A stretch of 64,000 bases of DNA from Vulcanimicrobiota bacterium (GCA_963812155.1 CAWETW010000003.1:1056001-1120000), one strand, 5' to 3'; shown: positions 49,688 through 59,294, counted from the first letter of the stretch. Notes: generated from the sequence alone by a model not told the origin. Numbers and translations are program-made.

Positions 49688-50715
49688 AGGCGATGATTTT
49701 GGCGGGCGGCCTTTCCACCCGGCTCTATCCGCTCACCAAGCAGGTTCCCAAACCGCTCGTGCCGGTGGCGGGCGTGCCGAACGCCGAACACGTGATTAAT
49801 TATTTGAAGGCCTACGGCTTCGATGACATCGCGATTAACCTGCACTATCTCGCCGACGCGATCGTCGAGCGCCTCGGCGACGGCTCGCGTTTCGGCGTGC
49901 GGCTCGAGTACTCGTACGAGCCGGAACTGCTCGGCAGCGCGGGCGCGGTGAAAAGACTCGAATCGTTTTTTTCCGGCGAGACCTTCGTGGTGTGCGGATG
50001 CGACGATCTCACCGATTTGCCGCTCGACAAACTGCTGGCGTTTCATCGCGACCGTAACGCCGTCGCAACGATCGGACTCGTCGAGTGCGAAGAGGTCGAC
50101 CAATACGGCGTGGTGGTGCTCGACGATCGCGGCAAGATCGTCGGCTTTCAAGAGAAGCCCGCAAAGGGCACCGAACGCAGCCGGCTTGCGAATACCGGCA
50201 TCTACGCGTTCTCGCCGGAGATCTTTTCGCACATCCCGGCGCGCACGTTCTTCGATTTCGGCAAGCAAGTGTTCCCGGCGCTGCAGTCTGCAAGCGAATC
50301 GTTCTACGGCTTCGATGCACGAGGCGCGTATTGGAGCGACATCGGAACGCCGTCGGAGTACCGGCGCGCGAGCTCGGACGTCGTCAGCGGCGCGTTTACG
50401 ATTCCGGCGACGCGCGCTAGCGGCGTCGACCCGACGGCCACTTTGGGCGAAAGCGTGCGCATCGAGGGCCCGGTGTGGGTCGGCGCGCGTGCGCGCATCG
50501 GCGACGGCGCGAGGATCGCGGGTCCGAGCGTGCTGGGCGACGGCGTTTGCATTGGTGAAGGCGCTCGCATCGAGCGTAGTATCTTATGGGAAGGCGCCGT
50601 CGTCGGAAGCGGCGCGCATCTTCGGGACACGATCGTCGGCAGAGACTATCACGTCGCCGCGGGCGAGACGCTCGACGGTGCGCTCGTTGCTAACGAAGAG
50701 GTTCCGGCCGGTTAA
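49684..50715 (+). CDS. NDP-sugar pyrophosphorylase family protein
   Basis: MILAGGLSTRLYPLT..PKPLVP, LGSAG, FQEKP, YWSDIGT; hexapeptide tail. Confidence 0.92.
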   Translation: MKAMILAGGLSTRLYPLTKQVPKPLVPVAGVPNAEHVINYLKAYGFDDIAINLHYLADAIVERLGDGSRFGVRLEYSYEPELLGSAGAVKRLESFFSGETFVVCGCDDLTDLPLDKLLAFHRDRNAVATIGLVECEEVDQYGVVVLDDRGKIVGFQEKPAKGTERSRLANTGIYAFSPEIFSHIPARTFFDFGKQVFPALQSASESFYGFDARGAYWSDIGTPSEYRRASSDVVSGAFTIPATRASGVDPTATLGESVRIEGPVWVGARARIGDGARIAGPSVLGDGVCIGEGARIERSILWEGAVVGSGAHLRDTIVGRDYHVAAGETLDGALVANEEVPAG

Positions 50716-50756
50716 TAAGGGTGTATTGAGGCACGCTAGGGAACGTGGAAGAAACC

Positions 50757-50948
50757 ATGTATAACGAACAAAGTCTGAGTTGCGGTGACTGCAACTCCAC
50801 CTTCGCGTTTACCGTATTCGAACAGCAAGAATTCGCGAAAAAGGGCCATATGAACAAGCCGGGCCGATGCCTTGAATGTCGAGCGGCACGCAAGGCCTCG
50901 GGAATAAGTGGACCTCACCCACGCTACAAGACGCAAAACGCGCTGTAG
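50757..50948 (+). CDS. Small zinc-ribbon protein (zf-trcl-like)
   Basis: LSCGDC...F.FT..EQ..F..KG..N.P.RCLECR. Confidence 0.8.
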   Translation: MYNEQSLSCGDCNSTFAFTVFEQQEFAKKGHMNKPGRCLECRAARKASGISGPHPRYKTQNAL

Positions 50949-51118
50949 CGCCTTAGCGAGCTATCCAGCCAAAGTTTCCGTTTCAACGGTGTCGACTACC
51001 CCGAGTCCATCGCTATCGGGAAATGAGCCGCGCCGCAACTGCAGGGACCTGAATTAGCCGTGTTGACCCAGCTGAATTGTGGCACAATCAAGCGCGGTTG
51101 ACCCTAGTGAGGCCCGGC

Positions 51119-52189
51119 TCAGGTCCCTTCCATAAACGTTGCTGCGGTGCCGACGTCGAGCTCGTCGTAACGCCGCAGCCGATAGATAGCAGTCGAAATG
51201 AGCCAGCTTGCGATGAAGACGCCGATGGTGAGAAAGCCCACCGTTCCAAAGTTGTCGCTCAGCGAGCGCAGCAGATCCCACGCTCCGCCGGTCAAGCCCA
51301 TGCGATCGGCGATCACGCTCGAAGCTTCGATTCCGCCGACGATCAACGCGACCAGCACCGACACGAGCGTGATGACCATGTTGTAGTAGAGCTTGCGCAT
51401 CGGTTTGACGAACGCCCAGCCGTACGCGCCCAGCATGAGGATGCCGTCGGTCGTGTCGAGCAGCGACATGCCGGCAGTGAAGAGCAACGGGAAGATCAAG
51501 ATCGTGGCGACCGGCAGGCCTTTGCCGGCTTCGACGGCGGCGATACCGAGCAGCGCGACTTCCGTCGCGGTATCAAAGCCGAGACCGAAGAGCACCCCAA
51601 TGGGATACATCTTCCAGCTCTTGTCGGCAACTTTCAGCAGCGGACGGAAGAAGCGGCCCATGAGGCCGCGGCCGTCGAGCATCTCGTCGACGCTGCGTTC
51701 GCAGTACGATTCACCGCGATGAACGCTGCGAAACGTGCGGATGATGTCGACGAGCACGAACAGATTGATCGCGGCGACGACGAGCAAGAAGGTCGCGGAA
51801 ACCGAAGTGCCGAGGATCGTGCCGAGCCTTTCGAGCGACGGCAGGTGCGTTTTGACGAAGCCGGCGGCAACGGCGATTGCAACGGTCAGCGCGACGACGA
51901 TCGTGGAGTGTCCCAGCGAGAAGTAAAAGCCGACGCCGACGGGGCGCTTTCCATCCTGCATGAGCTTGCGCGTCACGTTGTCGATTGCCGAGATGTGATC
52001 GGCGTCGACGGCGTGGCGCAACCCAAACGTGTAGGCGAGCAGCGCCGTGCCGAGCAAAATCGGGTGCGCCGAGAACGCCCAGAAAGCCAATCCCCACGCC
52101 GCCACGTTCATGGCGATCAGCAATGCGTAGATGGCGACGATTCTTTCGCGTACGCTGGCGGCACCGTTTTGGAGCACGCTGGCGAGCAT
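51119..52189 (-). CDS. NiCoT (HoxN/HupN/NixA) high-affinity Ni/Co permease
   Basis: Signature GLRHAVDADHISAID, FSLGHSTIV, LFGLGFDTATE, GMSLLDTTDG. Confidence 0.95.
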   Translation of the reverse strand: MLASVLQNGAASVRERIVAIYALLIAMNVAAWGLAFWAFSAHPILLGTALLAYTFGLRHAVDADHISAIDNVTRKLMQDGKRPVGVGFYFSLGHSTIVVALTVAIAVAAGFVKTHLPSLERLGTILGTSVSATFLLVVAAINLFVLVDIIRTFRSVHRGESYCERSVDEMLDGRGLMGRFFRPLLKVADKSWKMYPIGVLFGLGFDTATEVALLGIAAVEAGKGLPVATILIFPLLFTAGMSLLDTTDGILMLGAYGWAFVKPMRKLYYNMVITLVSVLVALIVGGIEASSVIADRMGLTGGAWDLLRSLSDNFGTVGFLTIGVFIASWLISTAIYRLRRYDELDVGTAATFMEGT

Positions 52190-53502
52190 TACGAGCCTAG
52201 TGATGCAAGCATTTTGCGAGCATCCTCCGCATAGAAAGGATGAAAGGAAGCATCTGCGTTCAGGGCCGCGCGGAGACGCGCGCGGGCCTCGCCGTCGTAG
52301 CCGGTGTGCAGCGCGATCGCTCCCGCGTGATATTGAATTTCCGGGTCTTGCGTTCCGTATCGCACGGCGCGTTCGGCGTAGGCACGCGCCTCCGGCCAAC
52401 GCCCCATCGCCGCGAGCACCCACGCCATCGTGTCGTCGGCGTAGATCTCGTCACCGCGCTTTTGCAGGTCGGAGCGCGCCGCTGCCAAGGCGTCGGTGAG
52501 ATATTCGTGGTGCTCGGCGTAGTACATCGCCAGAAGGCGATCGTTGACGCCTTGAACGTTGAAGAGACGCTGCTCGGCGCGAATGAGCGCGTCGGTTTTG
52601 CGCGCTCCGTCTTCGTCACCCAGCGCGCGCTGCGCGTCGGCCTGGTAGCCCAGCGCTTGCGGTAGCGGGTAGAGTTGCGCACTGTGCGCCGCGGCGGAGA
52701 GCGCGCGCTTCCAATCGCCGTGCGCACGGTAGAATTTGGCTTGGTAGAGCAGCGCCATCGCGTTGTCGGGAAAGATGCGCAGCGATTCGGTGAACTCTGC
52801 GTCCGCCGTCTGTGCGTCGCCGGCCTCGAAGGCCAGCTGCGCGTCGCGCATGTGATACCACGAACGAGTGTAGGCCGGTACCGTTTCCATCCGGTCCACC
52901 ATCTGCGTCGCTCGCGACATCTCGCCGCGCGCGCCCGCGAGATCTCCCGAGAGTTCGCGGTAACGGGCACGAATTGACATCCACGTCGGATTGGGATCGG
53001 GACCGCTCGGACCGAGCAGAATGCCGGCGGCTCGATCGTAGCGGCCGAGTTCCATCAGAATCGAGGCGCTCTGGGCGCGGGCGTTTTGATCGAAGGGTTC
53101 GGCTTCGATCGCGGCACGTTCCGCAGCCAGCGCCGGCACGAAGCGGTGAAAGGCGAGATCGCTCGACGCGATGATGCCGAGTGCGGCGACGTTTCCTTGT
53201 GGTTGCAGGCGTAACGACTGCTCGCCCATCGCATGTGCGCGCGTGACGTCGTTCATATCGCCGGTTTCGCGAAACCGTTGAAGATATTCGGCGCCGAGCA
53301 TTCGCTGCGTGATTTGGTCGAGCCGGTCGCGGCGCACTTGTTCTTCGTAGAATGCGATCACACGATCGCGCTGTTTGTAGTCGGCCGAGACCGGGGCGGG
53401 CGCGATGGTCGTGGCTTGCGCTTTGTGGGCTGCAAACCACGGCCACGCCGCCCCGACGGCGACGGCCGCCGCAAGGACGGCTATCGTCGAACGACCCTTC
53501 AC
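52189..53502 (-). CDS. Exported TPR-repeat protein
   Basis: Signal peptide; TPR motifs such as DTMAWVLAAMGRWPEARAY and YHAGAIA...G...EAR..LR.AL. Confidence 0.85.
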   Translation of the reverse strand: MKGRSTIAVLAAAVAVGAAWPWFAAHKAQATTIAPAPVSADYKQRDRVIAFYEEQVRRDRLDQITQRMLGAEYLQRFRETGDMNDVTRAHAMGEQSLRLQPQGNVAALGIIASSDLAFHRFVPALAAERAAIEAEPFDQNARAQSASILMELGRYDRAAGILLGPSGPDPNPTWMSIRARYRELSGDLAGARGEMSRATQMVDRMETVPAYTRSWYHMRDAQLAFEAGDAQTADAEFTESLRIFPDNAMALLYQAKFYRAHGDWKRALSAAAHSAQLYPLPQALGYQADAQRALGDEDGARKTDALIRAEQRLFNVQGVNDRLLAMYYAEHHEYLTDALAAARSDLQKRGDEIYADDTMAWVLAAMGRWPEARAYAERAVRYGTQDPEIQYHAGAIALHTGYDGEARARLRAALNADASFHPFYAEDARKMLASLGS

Positions 53503-53505
53503 GTG

Positions 53506-54093
53506 TTAGACCGGGCTCTGCACGTAGGGGAACGTGTCGGTATTCTGCTTGTCGTAGGGAACGTTGTCGGTCGTCAAGCAGGGTGCTTCTTTGTGATCGT
53601 CGGGAGCGAGCCCGAGCGCGGAGACGGTATTACCGAACAGCGCTCCGAGCGAGATGTCGATCACGTCGTCGTCGAGGGCGCGTCCGCCGAACTTGCTGCC
53701 CGTGGCGCCGCCGGTTTCGAATCCGAGATAGGCGGCCTTGGTCGTATTCTGCGAAAGGTCGGCCTTCATCACGTTCGGGTACAGAACGGCTTGAAGTACT
53801 TTCGCCGTGGATTGGCTCCGGAAGAGTTCCGAGAACGATAGGATTTGCGATTTGAGCGTCGGGTCGGCGTAGGGCTCGGAGCGGTTGGTCGTATCGTGCG
53901 AGGCAAACGACTCAAAGGCTTCCTTCACCGCCGGACGCGAGAGAAGTTCGATTTGACGATAGGTGGCGTTGGGTGCGGGCGACGGCGGTGTCGGCACGAT
54001 GGGGTTCGTACCGACGTTACCCGAGCTGCAGCCGCCGGCGATCACGCCGACGAGAGCGAGCGCGCCGAGGCCGAGTTTGAAGCGTAGTGTCAT
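53506..54093 (-). CDS. DUF4331-like lipoprotein (C-terminal half type)
   Basis: Lipobox IAGGC; QIELLSRPAVKE, GGRALDDDVIDISL, TTDNV...TFPY. Confidence 0.75.
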   Translation of the reverse strand: MTLRFKLGLGALALVGVIAGGCSSGNVGTNPIVPTPPSPAPNATYRQIELLSRPAVKEAFESFASHDTTNRSEPYADPTLKSQILSFSELFRSQSTAKVLQAVLYPNVMKADLSQNTTKAAYLGFETGGATGSKFGGRALDDDVIDISLGALFGNTVSALGLAPDDHKEAPCLTTDNVPYDKQNTDTFPYVQSPV

Positions 54094-54105
54094 GAACTGT
54101 TTCTC

Positions 54106-54921
54106 CTATTCCGATTGGCCGTCGGGGGTCGCCGTCGTCGCCCACAGCGCGATTGGGCCGGGCTTACCGCCGGCAGGCGCGAGCATTGCCTTGGGCATCT
54201 CGACGACGATCGAGATGACGTTGTATGGAACGAGAATATCGCTCGGCTGCTCGATCACGCAGCTATTGGATCCCGCCGTTCCGTAGCTCGTGCCGTTCAG
54301 AACGATCGGCTGCGAAGGCGAAGCAAAGCGGAACGACGTCGCCGTCGGCGGCGGCGGATTGGGCTGGTTTTGATAGTTGCGATCGGGAATAATCTTGAAG
54401 AACTGCGCGAGGTCGAAGAAGAACGGGTCGCGGCGCGGGCCGACGAAGGCCTGAACGTCTCCGAGCTTCGCAATCTTGCCGAATTTAAAAGTGCCGGTCG
54501 CGTGGACGGTCGTATTTTTCGTGCCCACTTCGTTTGGAGCTTTGGGGCCGTACAGCGTGATCTTTTGACCGGTTCCGGCAGCGTCGGCCGTGAACTGGAT
54601 CACTTTGTCCTCGTGAATGGCGTTCGACGCGACGCCGGTGTCGGCGATCTTGAACTGATACAGGACGTTGGGATCGAGAGCAATGCCGGCCGTCATGCCG
54701 CTGGGAATCAGCGGGCGAACGTTCATGACCATTGCGACCCTCGAGGCGTCGTGTGGATCGGGGAACGCGTAGACGTCGGTAATATCGGCGAGCGGATTGT
54801 TGACGACGGTCGGTGAGTCTTGATGGTCGGATCCACGGGCCGCTTTGAACGAATACAGCGATACCGAGAACGCGAACAGAAAGACCGCCGTCATCGTACC
54901 GATGGTGCGGAGCAGTCTCAT
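54106..54921 (-). CDS. DUF4331 family exported protein (N-terminal half type)
   Basis: SDHQDSP...DITDVYAF, FVGPRRDPFFFDL..F, NV.SIVVE.P; AAGGAG RBS. Confidence 0.82.
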   Translation of the reverse strand: MRLLRTIGTMTAVFLFAFSVSLYSFKAARGSDHQDSPTVVNNPLADITDVYAFPDPHDASRVAMVMNVRPLIPSGMTAGIALDPNVLYQFKIADTGVASNAIHEDKVIQFTADAAGTGQKITLYGPKAPNEVGTKNTTVHATGTFKFGKIAKLGDVQAFVGPRRDPFFFDLAQFFKIIPDRNYQNQPNPPPPTATSFRFASPSQPIVLNGTSYGTAGSNSCVIEQPSDILVPYNVISIVVEMPKAMLAPAGGKPGPIALWATTATPDGQSE

Positions 54922-56432
54922 GGGGTCTCCTTTATGGCGAGAGTGCGGTGCGTCGACCGCGTTGAGAGTAACGTTGGGAAAAGTGCGACGGCGGCGATAA
55001 CGGCGAGCGTCGCCGCGACGGCGGTAAAAACCGGTACGCGTAGGCCGTGTTGGATGAGTCCCTGCACGAGCATCAGCGACCCGATGATCGAGATCACGCA
55101 TGCGGTGACGAAGGGTGCGATTGCAGCGACGCGAGCGAAGCCGGAGCGGCGCTGCAGCCAGGCGGCACCGTGGACGACGGCGATGCCTAATCCGGTGAGG
55201 ATTGCGGCCAAACCGAGACTGAAGACGACGATCAAGAACAAGCCATAGCCGATGCGATGCAGGTGCAGCGCGGTCAGGAGCACGACGATCGCAGCGGGAC
55301 ACGGCGCGATGCCGCCGCTCATCGCGGCCACGACCGCACTCGGGAAACGCAGCGGTGAGTTGCCCGCAATCGCATGCGAGTGTTCGCGATCGTGGTCGTG
55401 CGCGTGCCCGTGCGCATGTGCGTGCGTGTGTGCGCGGTCCTGCGCCGTGCGGCCGACGGCGTTGGAAAGGGCGCGCGTGCCGATGACGGCGACCGCAAGC
55501 CCTGAGAGGAGTGTGATCCACGTAAAGATATTTTCGGTCGCGAACCCCGCCGCGAAAAATAGCAGCAGGCCGAGCAACAGTACCGCAACCGTGTGAGCGA
55601 ACGTCAACGCGCCTGCTAGAATAACGGCCTGTTTGAACGTTGCTCGCGCGCCGACCAGCGTAAACGCGAGCAGCGCTTTTCCGTGACCAGGTTCCAGGCC
55701 GTGCAGCGCGCCGAGCCCAAATGCCGCCAGAACCGTCAAGAGAATCAACAGCGGCGTCTGATTGCTTCGAGAGAACAAGTCGGAGAGCGCCGACGTCCGC
55801 ACGATCGAGCTCGAATCCCACGCTGCCGCGTTTCCGGATCCAAAGACGCGCACGTCGGCGATCGCACCGTCGGAGGTAAGTGTGAAGGTCGCGGCATCGT
55901 TATGGCGCGGCGAGCCGATGGCGGCCGCCGGGTACGAGCGCAGAGCATCTGTCGGATCGCTGGTGCCGGGGAGCACGACGTCTTTCCAGCCAACGCGCCG
56001 GTCCGCGTAGACGCCGTCTTGCATGGAAATCGACGCCGGGCGATTGACCGCGACCGTGTAGTCACCCGTCCAGTAGAGCGTCGGCAAGCCGCCGGCACCG
56101 GGACGCGTCGTGCTGGACGTTTGCACCAGCGAGATCGGCAGCGTTCGGTTTCCACTACGGAACGAAAGACCGTTTTCGACCCGCGCCGCTTCTTCGGCGT
56201 TCCATTGCAGCGTACGTGCGGGGTTCCAGCCATTGCCCGCATGCATGATTTGAAATGCGGGGATTTCGGCGATATCGAGCACGTAGTGAACGTGCAGCCG
56301 TCCGCCGGCGGAGGTGACGACCGCGAGATGATTGATCGTGAAGTTCCCGAGGGGGTGCGCGGCGGCCGGGCGAGCCGCGAGCGTGACGAGGGCGAAGGCG
56401 GCACACGCAAGGATTGTGGAAAAGCGAGTCAC
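54918..56432 (-). CDS. RcnA/NicO-like Ni/Co transporter with N-terminal exported domain
   Basis: Signal ending AHPLGNFTINH; GALHGLEPGHGKA, His-rich loop HTHAHAHGHAHDHDREHSH, GIAPCPAA. Confidence 0.85.
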   Translation of the reverse strand: MTRFSTILACAAFALVTLAARPAAAHPLGNFTINHLAVVTSAGGRLHVHYVLDIAEIPAFQIMHAGNGWNPARTLQWNAEEAARVENGLSFRSGNRTLPISLVQTSSTTRPGAGGLPTLYWTGDYTVAVNRPASISMQDGVYADRRVGWKDVVLPGTSDPTDALRSYPAAAIGSPRHNDAATFTLTSDGAIADVRVFGSGNAAAWDSSSIVRTSALSDLFSRSNQTPLLILLTVLAAFGLGALHGLEPGHGKALLAFTLVGARATFKQAVILAGALTFAHTVAVLLLGLLLFFAAGFATENIFTWITLLSGLAVAVIGTRALSNAVGRTAQDRAHTHAHAHGHAHDHDREHSHAIAGNSPLRFPSAVVAAMSGGIAPCPAAIVVLLTALHLHRIGYGLFLIVVFSLGLAAILTGLGIAVVHGAAWLQRRSGFARVAAIAPFVTACVISIIGSLMLVQGLIQHGLRVPVFTAVAATLAVIAAVALFPTLLSTRSTHRTLAIKETP

Positions 56433-56474
56433 GCGCGGCCTCCGTTTCGTCTGCAGCCTTGCTTTGTGAAGTAA

Positions 56475-56501
56475 GACGATGGGAGGGTCGCTTTGGATTG
56501 G
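56475..56501 (-). promoter_or_regulatory. ECF (SigK-like) promoter candidate
   Basis: Minus strand CCAATCC-16 nt-CGTC, about 42 nt upstream of the operon start. Confidence 0.4.
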
Positions 56502-56796
56502 AGGGCGGTTTCGAAATAACTTCGATCGCTCGATTTTGCAACGTCGCGCAATCCGGAGACCGTCGTGGACCGTTGGATATACCTTCAACAAGTGTTCGGG
56601 TGCAAGTTACGTTTGCGCATTCACGGCGTTTACGTCGGGGCCGAACGCGCGTTTACGGCGAGCGCGTACGTTCACATCGTCGTCCCGGCGTAGGCATCGC
56701 TGGGTCGGGCGCGCCAGGTCGACACTCAATCTTTACGAGAACTCTTGGCAGGCTAGGCGGGCGGGTGTATGCTTGGCTGGCCGAAAGGAGGCCTAA

Positions 56797-57216
56797 ATGC
56801 GCTATCTCAGCATCGTTATCGGTGCCCTTCTGGTCATCGCATCCTTTGCAATCGGACGCGTAACGGCGCCGGCACCCGCCTCTGCCGCGATGCAGCCCTT
56901 TGTGAGGTTTTCGCACTTCGAGTGCTACACGGCTCAGGCCAAACCAATCCAAGCGGAAGTCAATTTGAAGGATCAATTCCAAAGTTACAAGACGGCGGTA
57001 GGACCGCCTCAATTCTTCTGCACGCCGGTAACGAAGAAAGTCATCTCGGGACCGAACTTCCCGGTTCCGGCACCGGCCGATCATTTAATGTGCTATCAGA
57101 TTCAAGGAAAAGCCATCCAGCAAACGCGGCCGTACAGCAATCAGTTCATTCAACAAGATGTGGTTGGTGTGGGCGTACCTCAGTTGCTCTGCGTACCATC
57201 GAACAAACAGGGTTGA
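56797..57216 (+). CDS. Small secreted Cys-containing two-repeat protein
   Basis: AAGGAGG RBS; signal peptide; HFECY..DQF..FCTPV.K and HLMCY..NQF..LCVPS.K internal duplication. Confidence 0.8.
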   Translation: MRYLSIVIGALLVIASFAIGRVTAPAPASAAMQPFVRFSHFECYTAQAKPIQAEVNLKDQFQSYKTAVGPPQFFCTPVTKKVISGPNFPVPAPADHLMCYQIQGKAIQQTRPYSNQFIQQDVVGVGVPQLLCVPSNKQG

Positions 57217-57255
57217 CCTAGTAAAGCACGCAACGCGCAGTCGTCGGATTCCGTC

Positions 57256-57316
57256 CTTCGACTGCGCTTCGCTTCGCTCAGGATGACACCGGGAGCGCCT
57301 TCGCTTAAGGATGACA
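57256..57316. repeat. REP-like element plus partial second copy
   Basis: CTTCGACTGCGCTTCGCTTCGCTCAGGATGACACCGGG then CCTTCGCTTAAGGATGACA. Confidence 0.75.
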
Positions 57317-57349
57317 GAGAAGTAGCTGGAGCTGGGTACTCGGCGGAGC

Positions 57350-57610
57350 GTGAGTTTCTGGACGAACTACGCCTTCGCGCTTGCAATCGTCGGGCTCGTG
57401 CTGGCGGGACTCGCGGTCGCCGGACGCGTGCTCAAAGGCGCCGGATCGCGCAGCCGCTCCGGCGGCGGGCACATCGCAATCGTCGAATCGGTGATGCTGT
57501 CACCGCGCGCGAGTCTGCACGTCGTGAAAGCGGGACGGCGTCATCTGCTGATCGGTTCGACGGACGCGTACGTGTGCGCGCTGGCCGAGATGGAACTGGA
57601 GAAAGAGTGA
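57350..57610 (+). CDS. FliO-like small membrane protein
   Basis: One TM segment, then IAIVES..LSPRASLHVVK.G..HLLIG.T pattern. Confidence 0.65.
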   Translation: MSFWTNYAFALAIVGLVLAGLAVAGRVLKGAGSRSRSGGGHIAIVESVMLSPRASLHVVKAGRRHLLIGSTDAYVCALAEMELEKE

Positions 57611-57703
57611 AGCGAGCTCGCCCCCGTCTGGACCAGAGACCGAGAAGCCGAGCTCGCTGGGACGTATGTTCCCACCGGACGCGCGCTCAAAAAGAAAGAA
57701 TCG

Positions 57704-58729
57704 TTAGAAGTATTTGAACTGGCCGAGGCGGCTGGCGGCGGTCTCGGTGAAATAGATTTGCGCGTCGGGGCCAAACGTCATGGCAGTCGGCTGCGCGTTG
57801 GCGGTCGGGACGCCGAAAAGCCGGACTTTTTGGTTCCGGTAGTTGAACTGGCCGAGCGCGTTCCCGAGCGTGTCGGTGAAGTAGAAGTTGCCGTCGATGC
57901 CCTGGAGAATCGAGTCGGGCGTCTTCGATCCGGTCAGCGGATACTCGGTGAACTGCCCGGTCAGCGCGATCCGTCCGAGCTTCTGCGCGTTGCGTTCGGT
58001 GAACCATAACGCATTGTCGGTTCCGGTGGTAATGCCGGCGGGCGACGCGTTCGCGGTCGGCACCTTGAATTCGGCGAGTCCGGAGCAGCGCTTCGATACC
58101 GGCAAGCGCCCGACGCTGTTGATGCCGGGCTCGGTGAACCACAGCGCTCCGTCGGGACCGTTGGTGATGCCGAGCGGCTGCGCACCATGAGTGACTCTGC
58201 AGAAAGCGGCGTTTCCGCGTTGGTCGATGCGCCAGATCGAACTCGTGCCGGGATCGGTGACCCACATGTCGCCGTCGGATCCGAGCGTGATGCCCGTCGG
58301 CCGCGCCGCGGGATCCGGCAAGAGGAACTCGGTGAACGTCGGGGTCGTGCCGAGCGTGATTTGCCCGATCTTCCAAATGTTCGTTTCGGTAAACCATATG
58401 AGCGAGTTTGGGCCCGAGGCGATGCCGTTGGGGCCGGCGCCGGCGGTCGGCGTAAGATTTTCGGTGAACTTCGCCGACGTGTTCAATTGTCCGATCTTGC
58501 TGGCGTGGAACTCGGTGAACCAGAGGTTCTCGTCGGACCCGAGCGTGATGCCCATTGGTTGGCTGCCGGCCGTCGGGATCACGTATTCGCTGGTGACCTT
58601 CGGCACGAACGGCGGAGGCGGCGTCGCCGTGCCGCTCGTGAGCGGCGTGCCCTTCCCGCAAGCGGAGAGCAGCGCGGCAACGGCAAGGGCGCACGCGCGC
58701 GAGCGCGCCGTGGTGGGCAGTCTCATCAT
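57704..58729 (-). CDS. Vgb (virginiamycin B lyase)-like beta-propeller lipoprotein
   Basis: Lipobox LLSAC; 7 repeats of P.GIT.G.D..LWFTE....IG.I. Confidence 0.88.
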   Translation of the reverse strand: MMRLPTTARSRACALAVAALLSACGKGTPLTSGTATPPPPFVPKVTSEYVIPTAGSQPMGITLGSDENLWFTEFHASKIGQLNTSAKFTENLTPTAGAGPNGIASGPNSLIWFTETNIWKIGQITLGTTPTFTEFLLPDPAARPTGITLGSDGDMWVTDPGTSSIWRIDQRGNAAFCRVTHGAQPLGITNGPDGALWFTEPGINSVGRLPVSKRCSGLAEFKVPTANASPAGITTGTDNALWFTERNAQKLGRIALTGQFTEYPLTGSKTPDSILQGIDGNFYFTDTLGNALGQFNYRNQKVRLFGVPTANAQPTAMTFGPDAQIYFTETAASRLGQFKYF

Positions 58730-58772
58730 CAGCCACCCCTTATTGGCATGCCGCCCTCGCATTCCCGCCGTC

Positions 58773-58816
58773 CGTCGACTGCGCGCCTCCGGCGCTTCGC
58801 TCAGGATGACACCGGG
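58773..58816. repeat. REP-like element
   Basis: CGTCGACTGCGCGCCTCCGGCGCTTCGCTCAGGATGACACCGGG. Confidence 0.75.
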
Positions 58817-58820
58817 TTAG

Positions 58821-58883
58821 CTCCTAAGAATTTAGTTGACATCCATTTCGGTTTACCGTAGACTGCAACTAAGTTATTAGGAG
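58821..58883 (+). promoter_or_regulatory. Sigma70 promoter with two inverted BlaI-type operators
   Basis: TTGACA(58836)-17 nt-TAGACT(58859). CTCCTAAGAATTTAGTTG (58821-38) and CAACTAAGTTATTAGGAG (58866-83) match 16/18 as inverted copies, each containing CTAA-N4-TTAG. Confidence 0.8.
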
Positions 58884-58907
58884 CAACCCGTCTCGGAGGC
58901 AATCTGC

Positions 58908-59294
58908 GTGGCTCGAAAGCGATCGAAGACGTTAACCGAGGCCGAATTACGGCTGATGGAAATCCTGTGGGAGAAAGGGCAAGCAACCGTCGCGGAAGTG
59001 ACCGCGGCGCTCCCGCCACCGCCCCTGGCCTACAACAGCGTCCTCACCACCATGCGCATTCTGGAGCAGAAGGGCTTCGTGGATCACGAGGAAGCCGGGC
59101 GTGCCTTCGTCTATCGCCCGCTGCTGGCGCGCGACGACGCCGCGGCCAATGCGGTCGGCCATCTGCTTTCACGATTCTTTGAAAACAGCTCGGGCTCGCT
59201 GGCCTTACGATTGATCGAGACGGAGCGCCCGTCGAACTACGAACTTCAACGTCTCAAGGCGCTAATCGAGCAGTACGAGGAGGGCGCCTCATGA
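58908..59294 (+). CDS. BlaI/MecI/CopY family repressor
   Basis: LTEAELRLMEILWEKG.ATV.EV, AYNSVLT.MRILEQKGFV...GRAFVY.P. Confidence 0.95.
   Translation: MARKRSKTLTEAELRLMEILWEKGQATVAEVTAALPPPPLAYNSVLTTMRILEQKGFVDHEEAGRAFVYRPLLARDDAAANAVGHLLSRFFENSSGSLALRLIETERPSNYELQRLKALIEQYEEGAS

Noticed and set aside
56433..56796. NiCo or cobalamin riboswitch upstream of the metal operon
   Set aside because: No recognisable consensus by eye; an Rfam/Infernal scan would be needed to exclude it fully.
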